Below are positions 52,766 to 64,000 of a stretch of 64,000 nucleotides of DNA, piece after piece. The first letter of the stretch is position 1. Each line of letters begins with the position of its first letter. A program made the position numbers and the translations under genes. Origin of the DNA: Chrysomallon squamiferum. Taxonomy: Eukaryota; Animalia; Mollusca. The notes under the pieces are model-generated. The model saw only the letters and a list, made by a program, of their open reading frames with translations. It did not search any database and was not told the DNA's origin. The stretch is from assembly GCA_012295275.1 (NCBI GenBank), contig CM022673.1, positions 7,998,001-8,062,000 on the forward strand. Direction: 5' to 3'.

Positions 52766-55700
52766 ACTTGTTTTGTAATCTCTAATTCAAAAGAAGCGTT
52801 CACTATTAGGTACAGTCATATGGCGATTAAATACGATATGATTGAATATAATATAAAGAAATTCGATAATACGGGTCTAATTCTTTAAGAAGAAACATTT
52901 AATTCCACCACTTTAATTTTAAACTCTTTCATGAGTTAATTAGTCATGTTCTTCCTAACAAAACACAGACGAGGGAAATAATTATAGTATAAACAATAAC
53001 AATAACAACATTAAAATATGTATGTGAATTATAAATAAATAAAGAGAGAAAGAAAGAAAGAAAGAAAGAATGAGAGAAAGAAACACTCAAAAAAAATGTG
53101 CGAATTAGAAATATTGTGCAGACAAATAAAACAAAAACTAATTTACCATATCTTCTATATTCGAAAACGAAATTTTTCTCTTTGGAGAATTGTGAAATTG
53201 CATATCATATTGTGCTGTGAAAATGAAATGACAGTAATATAATAAATTTCTATTATTTTTGAATGAATTAGTGACTTGCCAGAAAGTTCAATACGATATA
53301 ATTGGGTTTGATCACCAAAATATGAGAAACTGATAATATAAATCGTGAAACAATTTCTGTCTGTTTATTATTCATCAGAATTGTTAATCCGATATAAAAA
53401 CTAAAATGCAATAAAATCAAAAGGTTATTATTTTTTTAAATTACAGTTTATCATTAGAAGTCATAACCTAATTTGATAAATAACAACAACAAAAAACAAA
53501 CAAAAAAAACACACAAAAATGAGAAGAAAAATGTAATAAATAAACAAATGAATAATAAAAATAAAATAAAATAAAATACAACAACCATAAATAATAATCA
53601 TTCAAAATCGTTCATTTGCTTCAGTGCACGAAAATACTGTTTGACTGTACAAGAATGAACTGAATGCATGAAGTATTTAACACCGCATACAATATACATA
53701 TTTATTTATTATTACATTTTAAATGTCACCCATATTATGTGTCTAATCATATTCATTAGTGCATGGTTTATTAAGTATAAGTAAAATACTTATTTCTGTA
53801 ACAGTGAAGTGACACAGGAAACCAAATACCAGCATTCCAAGTCAACCAAGACAAACGACGTCAGATTATCTTTTACATTTGAAATTTCGCACAAGAAAAC
53901 TCACACCATCGTCTCTAAAAGAAAGAAAAAAAATAGTTTTGGGTTATTTGGTGGAACGGGAAAATAGCTCGATGAGCAACCGAGAAGGCTTGATCGGGTG
54001 ACTCAATGCGCCATAAAATAGCACACTAAATACAGAGCAGATTAAACAACGAAGTGGATCCAAAATACAATTCATCAACAGTTGTCTGTCTACGTCATAA
54101 ACCTTTTCGACTCCGAGGTCAGTAAATACGAAAATATTTGATGGGAACTCGTTAATTGTAAATGTAATTGGCTCGTGTTTCAATCAAGCACTGACGTCCA
54201 GTTGCTGTTGCTTTGGGTGTGTGGACCTTTAAACTTAAACTGTTTCTAGCAAGAGATGTTTTATTTCTGGTGTCGCCGAGCCGGTTGTTATGTAAGTGGT
54301 GAATTGTTTCACTGCATCTGAAGCTCTTTAAAAGCACATTAGCTGAGACCTTTTCGCAGCACTGGTCAGCCGTGGTCAGCACTGGTCAGCCATGGTCAAA
54401 GTCGAGTTCAGCTGCATCCGCAGAGACTCATTAGTCGACACAAAGCTACACATTATATTCTCTCGCTAATAGCCACGTCGTAAGATTTTCAGCAGGAGTT
54501 GTTAATAATCACAACAATCAAGTAGTTATTAAAGTCATCAAGCAAAGTCAAGGTCGAAGAAAATTTCAGAAACGTCTGATCATCTTGGGAGTGTTAGTCT
54601 TGTTACTTTCAAAGAGGCATAAAAAGAAATACGTAAAATTAAAAATTAAAAGAATTTAAAAAATATAAAAATAAATTTAAATAAAAAAAGAGGAAATTTC
54701 GATAAAAAGAGATCTTTGCTGTCAGTGGATGTTAGAATGCTTAGTTTGATGCTGCAGTTGATTGTGCCACGGACTTCTTCCTAACTTAGATCTGGATGAG
54801 GATGTTTCACTTCAGAATTCATCAGTTTGATGAAGACACGAACTTGGATGAGGAAGCATGTAGAGTAGAAGTTGTAGTAGAGTTAGCAGTGGAAGTAGGA
54901 GTAGTAGAAGTTACAGCATCAGCAGTAGTTTTAATGCTAAGGTAGTAATGATCTTGGTAGGGTACAGGGAAGCTGTGGTAGCATTAGCAGTTGTGTTAGT
55001 AGCTGTAGAAGTAGTAATAGTAGTAATTCCGTCGTGGTGATTACCAGCAGTAACAGGAATATTTCTGTGGTTGGAGTAGAAGTGGTAATATTAGTAGTAG
55101 GATTTAGACAATAATGAGTAGCTACGTGGAATACATCGCTTTGCTTCAGAACCATTCGGACAACTTCGTAAAACAGCGTATCAGTTAAAACTTTCAGTAT
55201 TGTTTGTGTATGAGTAATCTTAGTTTATCATTTACTTTATCAAAACATAAAAACACTAGCACGTACATAAACACCAACTTTCAAGCACTCATACTAGACT
55301 TGTAATTTTTTTTTTTTTTTTTTTTTTTTTTTTGCGACATAATGACTTATTTCTGTTATTACATTTAAGTTTTATAAATGTACATCTTACTGTAGACTAC
55401 ATAAATGTAAATTCTACAGAAATTATATTTATCACTGGTCTGTCTACACATTTATTAATTTCTTTGGAATTTTGTTTTCAGTTGCTAAAAAAACATTAAA
55501 AAAAAAAAAAAAAAAAAAAACCGGGAAAGACTCAGGCGTTAATCATAATTAAAAAGTCATAGTAATTTGTAAAATTCTTAAATAAAAGAAGTCCTTGGAT
55601 GTAGGTGTGATGATAAAATGTACGTGATAAGCCACAGGTATGTGACTTCATCGACCAAAGAACTCGGATGGCGCACGTAGACATTCTTGTTCGAAACATT

Positions 55701-56376
55701 TGATAAAAGACGGTCCTTCTCCAACAGTCTCGGTTAGCAACGTTTTAGGTTTATTTTTGGACGGAAAATCAATAACAATTATGTGAAACAATGAAAAAAA
55801 AAAAAAAATAATAATATAAAAAAAAAAAAAATGGCTAATCTTTTGCTTACAAAGATTCAGTTACACCACAAATTTAATTATATGTCTGGCGCATGTGCAT
55901 TGATCGTGTGTCAATAGGTTTGGTCTCTTTTGTAAGTTGGACGACAACGGTGAATTTATAAAAGCAACAACTCTGAGGACAATACGCAATTGACGTAAGC
56001 ACTATGGGTGAGCAAGCAATTCAGAACTAAAACACCCATGAACGAAAGAAAGAAAACGAAATAAAAAAATAAAATAAAAAAACAATAAAAAACACCAAAA
56101 CACACGAAACACTTTTTAGCTTTTATAATTATCACAAAGAGTTATTAATATAAAATCCCAGCCTTGTTTCTGTTTGACTGGCAACGAGTGAGGGAAACTA
56201 CATTTCTATTTTTACGAAACGGTTCCGGTAGGATATTGTTTGTTTGTTTTTCTGATTAATGTTAGGAAGTAACTATGTGTGATGGCGAATAGAGAGGTAT
56301 GGGTGTACTGACAAAGAGAGAAGTATTAAACAGACAATCATAGTTTATACATACATAGATACTCAGACACAGACAC

Positions 56377-56591
<215 letters not shown>

Positions 56592-57262
56592 CGATCTTCA
56601 GTCAGTCATTTCTGTTGGTTGGTATTACTACCTACTAACACGAATGACACAGCATTTTTGTTAAAAAATTAAATTTCATTGTCATCAGCTTAATAATTGG
56701 ATAAGTTCTGTTCCTGGTACCTCTTCTTACCTAGATTACTGTGAGATCGTCATGATCTCTAACACACTGTTTTTGCCGACCAATCTGCTTTCTGTAATGT
56801 GTACGCAGCACAGGCGTACTTGGATGTTTTATATAATCCATTCACTGATTCATCTTTTATTTTCACTTGCCCATGATTGTAGCCACGTACTCAGAGACCC
56901 AGATGATAGTCATCAGCACATTATTGGGAATGAAGTTTGAACTGGAACTCTCTATGGACTAGAGCTGGTGTTTGTCAGTGCTTCGCGAACGTTAAAAATG
57001 TATCGAGAACAAAATAGCTCTGTGTACAAGAACGTAAACGAATATTTAAAATTCCGGCCCGATAAAATGTCATTAGTAATGGATTCATAATGAGTTTTAG
57101 AGCTATGACACCAACGCAACAAAACGACTAATACTGCTGCCACCACTACATTGTTATGCCTTCCACTAGCAGTACTACTTCTCCTCCTACTACTACTAGT
57201 AGCAGTAATACCACTATTATTTCCTACTGTTACCACAAAAATTATTTGTTTTAATTCTACGA

Positions 57263-57348
<86 letters not shown>

Positions 57349-60143
57349 CGATGATGATGATGATAAAATTAAAGAAGGCAGTAATGGTTGTGGAAGAAAT
57401 ATAAAAATAACCAACTAAATTCAGCATCAATGAAATAATATAAAAAAACAATATATATATATATATATATAAATATATGGACTTCTAATTGGTACTATAT
57501 ATATATATATATATATATATAAATACTCCCTAAATTCAGACATAAATCAGACGATGACTATTTATGTTTTATCAAGTCATTAACTGCGGCCGCAATTTAG
57601 ATTACCATATATTATTAAATCTTTAAACTTCACGTATGATATATTTAAAATAATTTCTGAGTAAAACGTCACGCGTGATACAGTTTATAAACTAATTTGT
57701 GTATTCGTGAACCTTAAATTAACCATTCTATAAATAAGGCACATTAGTTGCCAGAAATAAGAAGCTTAATTCTTCTTTGATTCGAAATTGTAAATTGTCC
57801 CACTTTAGTTTACCCTTTTAAACAAAATGACTGAATTTAGAGACAATTTCTGTTCGAGCAGTCTTTATTTGGAGCAATTTCTTAAGTTCAAAGACTTTAT
57901 ATATATATCACGCTTCTCAACTAATTTTCTTTTCTTTATTTTTTTCGCCTTTAGAATATGTATATAATAAAGAAAGAAAGAGACGAAAGAAGAAAAAAGT
58001 TAAATATTTTTTTTAAATATTTTTAAAATATAATAAAATAAATAAACAATTTTTTTTTTTTTTTTTTTTGTGACTATAGAGTTGACATTTTAAGTTTATT
58101 CAACGTACTGGTATATTGCAGCGGATCATATTTGGATTGCAGTCTGATCTCGCTTTTTCCCAAAAGGCTATGCGTGTAGATGGCGGGCTCGATTGGCACA
58201 AAAACTTCCTCTGCCGGCACAATAACGATGTATATTTATTGTACAGGTTGGCTAGAGTGTTTCAAACAGCAGAAGCCGCCGTGAGCGTGGTTTGCAATAA
58301 CAAGACGTACTGACCATATTACAGGGTTAGTTGGCGTGTAACCATCCGCCTGGAGAAAGTTTTTAGTAAGCGATTTTGTAATCGCTTCCACTGCCTATCC
58401 AATCCTCCTGTATCCTCCGGAAATGGTTCACGGTTTGTCCTGAAAACCGGACCGCAGAAACAAAAAATTAAAAAAAAAAAAAAAAAAAAAGAAAGAAAGA
58501 AAGAAAGAAAGAAAAAGAAAAGAAGAAGAAGAAAAAAAGGACTGTGAGTAAGGAAAGATATTTTTGAAGTTTGAATAATCAGTATGATACATTTTAAGTA
58601 AGGAAAGGTATCTGTGAAAGATGAGTAATCAGTAAAGATAATTGTGTGCAACACAGTAAAGGTTAATAAGCGAACAGAGAATGAAAAATTCTATTCTAAA
58701 CTCAGCTGTAAGAGACTATAATACGTTTGTCTTGGATTTACAGCTGAGACATTTGAATAACTAGTAACTTCGGGATTAATTATAAAGCATTTTCGGGGTA
58801 AACTGAAGATGTTTATGAGAAATATATTTGGTGTCTAATTAACGATGATGGCGGTGGATTTTCATGTTCACATTTATCTGAAAAAAATATTTTCATTATT
58901 ATTGTTATTATTATTATTATTATTGGTGGAGGTAGCACTAGTAGTTGTAGTATAAATAGTGAATTATAGAGTTAACAAATAAAATCAAAATTAATTTACT
59001 GATATTCAGCAATGATCAGAAATGCTTAACCTTTGCTGATAACAAAGTTTGACTTTCCTCATACTTGATGTCATCTCAGTGATTGAACTAAAATTTAAAA
59101 AGAGCCGATAGCCGCATGATACATTTCCTAGAATCTTTCCTAATCCGGCAGTGCCAAACGATATGGCAAGAAATAATTATTATAACAATAGAAGCGAATA
59201 AATAAGTAAGTAAGTAAATATGTAAGTAAGCAATAGATAATTCACCGAGGTGGTTTAATCACACATAACAATCATGTTTATCTCCACTACTTAATTATTC
59301 ATCTGTTTAAGAATATAATTGCAGTTGTTATGCGCATCAAAGACAATCATCTGTCAACAGACAGTATTGTTCATTTCCAACGTCTTCTGCAGAAAGCGTT
59401 CAAACACGACAGCTTTGCTAATACGGCATTCATTTAATCATATCAGCTTGCTTTAGAATATATTTCATACTCATCGTGGAGACGTGTTTGATCTACGTTA
59501 TCCAATAACTGCTTCTATTTTTACCAATAATGGATAAATATATGTCTTTGAAATCGATCATCTATCGACGTTTGTTGCTGGATGAGCTGATTGTCTGTTC
59601 TGAATCGCGCGAATTCACCTTCGAATAACCTCCAATTTCCTTTCCGTAACGGGCCAAAGACGCTGCATCATTATGGAAATACACGCCATAACTCGAATTG
59701 GTATGGCAATTTCCTGACCAGTTCTTCAAACAGAAGACCGATACGTGTCTAGTCACATTCATCTGTGCGTGATGAGATCAATGTGCCGTGGTTCCAGTTG
59801 ACATCGTGGCATACCTGTTGGTCACTTTGAAGTCAAGGGGCTGCTTTGTTTATCGGTCGTTATTCTGGAACAATCTGATGACGTCAGAGAAAATGGAAAT
59901 GTCGTCAGAGTGGTGTGACAGAGTCCGAAGTGGAATAATTCGGTCTCATCATTTAAAAAAAATAATAAAATCGTTTTATTATTATTGTAGTAGAGCAGTA
60001 TTAGTACTAACGGTTGTTGTTGTTGTAATTATTATTATTATTATCATTTAACAATTTCTATTCCATCTTTTTCTTTAGTGTTTTTTTGAGAACGATAGCT
60101 ACGATTACTTCCCTTTGCCAAGTTTATTTTTAGTAAAGCACGA

Positions 60144-60174
<31 letters not shown>

Positions 60175-61911
60175 GAAATATGGCAGTTTACTTATTAGGA
60201 TTTACAAACACGTTCATTACAGTGCCACGGTAATTCGTTGTTCGATCCGCTAGTTAAACTAACCTGATGAGGTCAAGTGATTGCAAATATTATCAGCGTG
60301 AAGTAAATTTAGGAATAATCATGACTGGAACCTATTTCTAGCTCGGGCGGAAACCAGTATGACGCGTTTCAATTGACGACCCTAGGAATAGATCTTCACG
60401 GCGTCTTGTAATAATATCATTGTTGGCCAGCAAAACGAAAACACAATTTCCTTAATTCGATTAACAAAAGAGGAACGCTCTGTTTCTTTGACAAGCATTC
60501 TCAGAAGCTGAAGGAAAATAACGCTGAGTCGGTAGTTAAACATCCTCTGGTTTTAGCGATATCTAAATATTTACCTTTTACACGTCCTCTTCGAAAATGC
60601 AATTTGCTGTACGACAGCGTGCAATCCGCGGGATCACATTAGCCTTTTAAAGTCGTAAATTTATACTTAGAAGAGATAAATGCAGTGCGCTGAAAAAAGA
60701 AGTGGAAAAGTGTTTAAGGACATTGAGGTCATACTGACACTTAAGCAGTCATTAGACTTTCTTCAAGTCACTGAATAAAATCCCCCCCCCCAAATAAAAT
60801 ACATTTAAAAAAAAAAAAAAAAAAAAAATACTCCAAAACAAAAAACAACAACACCAAAAAAGCACTGAACACGTAATTCTGTTAATTAAAGCTAAAATCG
60901 ATTTAAAATTATTTTCTTTAACAAAATCAAAAGATATTTTTATTTGAAATGTTACAATTCTAATCAGTATAATTATATATATATATAATTTAAAATAATA
61001 ATAATAATTTTTAAAAATTTCAGCGGTGATATGGTACGAATCTATAAGGTCATTATAATTTTACTTAACGGACTATTGTTTTCACTAAAGAGTCTGTTAT
61101 CTCATGAAACCGCCTACATATTGAATAACTGTTAAGTTCATCCTTCATTTAAAGAAATATTTTTATATATATATATATATATATAAATTACTGATCAAGT
61201 TGTTATCTGAAAATCGAATCTAAAATACGAGAATTCGTTGCCCAAAAAGAAATTAATGCCACCAGGTTTTCGTTGATTTTGTGTTAACTACTTGATTGAT
61301 CAGTCATTTTATTTAATTTATGATCTGTTTCATTAGATAAAGATTTCTGATGCGGAAATAGAAGTCCAAAAAAAAATATGTCGGTTTCGGGAATTCTAAG
61401 GATCTTATCTATGTCTTCTCTATTACAAACCAATGTTACAATTGTGATTGATAAAAAGGATTCAGTCTATTTGATATTCATGTTCTTGTAGCCTGTCTGA
61501 TACGTTCACGTGTCTGTGATCGTATAAGTTGTGTGTGCGTACGTGTATGTGTGTACGTTGTACGTACATACGTATGCACGTATATATAGGCATGTATGTA
61601 TATATGTATTTATTTAACAATAATGTTTCTGTTAGGTATGTTTCTATGTATGAACACATAAGTTTCTATGTACTTATGTATGTATGTATGTATGTATGTA
61701 TGTATGTATGTATGTATGTGTACGTGCCTGCTATTGAAGTAGTTTTTGCTGAATCATGGAAATAATACATCCTAGATCCTATATCAAATGCATGAAATGG
61801 AATTTATTATAATATAATTGTAATTCTACGTCCCTTAACTTTAAAAATAAATTTGTTTCAACAGTTCAGTTTTTGCTGGTATTTCACTGAAGACTGTGTG
61901 TATTTTCAGAT

Positions 61912-62041
61912 ATGCTACAAAGTGTTTTCCGTGACGCGTGCCTTCTCTTGTTTTTTTTCCTAATGACGTCAGCGTCAGCTTTGTATATTCCTGCAGTGAC
62001 ATCAAGTTTCCATAGGATCACAGCTATCAGTCCCGTGCTAG
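61912..62041 (+). CDS. Putative first coding exon (signal peptide) of an unidentified secreted or membrane protein
   Basis: Acceptor TATTTTCAG| at 61909, ATG at 61912, MLQSVFRDACLLLFFFLMTSASA-LYIPAVTSSFHRITAISPVL (n-region, hydrophobic core, A-x-A cleavage site), and a consensus phase-1 donor AG|GTAAGT at 62042. Confidence 0.55.
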
Positions 62042-62138
62042 GTAAGTCTAACAATGTCGTTGTCGTTGACGTCACCTTGATGTTTATCATTAAAAATTCC
62101 GTCGAGGTGATTATCATATTAGAGACCTTTTCTTTGTC

Positions 62139-62194
<56 letters not shown>

Positions 62195-62290
62195 GTCAGG
62201 TATATATAATCGTCATTACCTTGGTGATCGTAATTAAGAACATCGTTGTCAACATCGTCAGCATTCTTTCTCTCGTACTTATTAATGCTG

Positions 62291-62452
62291 TTTTACTGAT
62301 GTTGTTGTTGTAATTATTATTATTACTATTATTTGTATCATCATCATCATCATCATCATTGTCATTGTTGCTATTTTACTGATGTTGTTGTTGTAATTAT
62401 TATTATCACTATTATTTGTATCATCATCATCATCATCATCATTGTCATTGTT
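62291..62452. repeat. Tandem duplication of a compound trinucleotide unit of about 84 bp
   Basis: TTTTACTGATGTTGTTGTTGTAATTATTATTAT.ACTATTATTTGTATCATCAT..TGTCATTGTT occurs twice. Confidence 0.85.
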
Positions 62453-62946
62453 ACTGGCAAGCAGAGATCATCATCATCATCATCGCATCTATCAGTGTTA
62501 CGACTTCATCATATCTGGCTTTATCATTAATCTGCATCTCCACCCACGCCATCATCTTGCAACGTTATTTTCATTACCAAAATCCATTAGAGAAGCAATT
62601 TGCTAAAACAGTATTTTAATTACATCGCGTCCCTTTGCCGCCAATGTGTTCTCGTGCATTTTTCTACCGTTTGCAAAGATATTAGTAACTTCCGAGTTGT
62701 ACACAAACTGTGTGTGTGTGTTTGTTTGTTTGTTTTTTAAAAAATTTTTATCCATCAGGAGCCGCAGTTGAATGTCATCCACGCGTTGTTAAGTAAACAG
62801 ACCCACTTGCAATTAGTCGAAAAAAATAATGAAGTTGACGCCCATGTCTTTTCCTTCCTTCCTTCCTTTTTTTCTCGTATTTTTATTTTTATTTATTTTT
62901 TTATTTTTTATTCTTTCTATTTTTTCCTCGTTGGCAATCGAATAAA

Positions 62947-62986
<40 letters not shown>

Positions 62987-64000
62987 ATGTTATGGTAATT
63001 CGTTGTAATAATTATAGCTCGAGTTATTAATAATAATGTTGCTAAACGTACGTCGTGCTGATTACAATACTATTACTGCATCGTGCGGTTACGTTGCGCG
63101 TCAGTGAATTCTACACGGGTATTAATAGCGGTATTAATAACATTATTCCTTAAAATTAATCTTTTATCTTCGTTATTATTATTATTGCTACTTATCAGCC
63201 AACACCCTAAAGTGCCTTTAATTTTTTTCTTTTTTCTTTTTCTTTTTTTTGTCATAGTCGATTTCGGGGTAAAGTACTATTGCAAAATGGTCATTTTTTT
63301 TTTTTTTTTTTTAAATCTAAACTATTATAAATCAGTATGTCGAATGTGTCTAACTATTCTTTTGTTTATTATTAAGTTTTCGTTTAATTTTTCAATTAAT
63401 TACAGAGAGAACGAAATATTCGCAAATATAATATTCATGCTGTCGGTGTTACCTTCATAAAGATAAATTATTATAATTATTTTATCATGAAAATGTTTCG
63501 TTCTAATTATACTTAATTTTTCTTATTGATTATTTTTGTTTGTTTTAATATTTTAATTTTAATTTTTTTTGTTGTTATTTTTGTTGTTGTCTTTGTTGAC
63601 AAAAACGACCATAACTTAGATGATACTACGATTTGACAGGAACTAATAAAAAGGTTAATTAATTCACCAAAAGTGATAAGACCATCTTGCCAGTGATTTG
63701 ACATGATCTAAGCTAATATCACCGTATATGTGTCTTCTCTGATATTTAACAGCTCATCTTTAAAGCAAACATCTTGGTTTTATCTCATCTATCAAAAAAA
63801 TATATATTTTATTAAATACTAATTTTGTTTGGCAAAAATAAACTAGTGCTCGTAAAAAGTAAACGATATTGGTTATTACACCTAAACTGAGATTTATTAA
63901 AGATTTTTACAGTTTATTAATATCGGGTATGGAAAATCGCAGAACTGAAAACATCAGTATCATCTATGACCGTCTTTTTAGTTAACGCGGGCATTGCATT

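Overview
AT-rich, microsatellite-dense animal genomic DNA with spliced genes. The SINE type and composition suggest a mollusc, probably a gastropod (inference). Bases 1-27 kb are CpG-poor and hold three genes that I rebuilt exon by exon: the 3' end of telomerase reverse transcriptase (TERT, +, last 6 exons, one GC-AG intron), a complete convergent ARPC2 (-, 11 exons, 298 aa), and a divergent peroxisomal carnitine O-octanoyltransferase (CROT, +, 15 coding exons, C-terminal -ARL PTS1). As written, CROT carries a 1-nt frameshift. Bases 27-64 kb are CpG-retaining and nearly gene-free. They contain two decayed pogo/Tigger DNA transposons, SINE remnants, a 227-bp duplication, several GC-richer enhancer-like blocks with six perfect CRE palindromes, an orphan promoter-like motif cluster, and, near the end, a clean signal-peptide exon of an unidentified secreted or membrane protein. 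Most ORF-track entries are microsatellite or low-complexity artefacts. I could not demonstrate a wholly new biological system; the best leads are listed with caveats.
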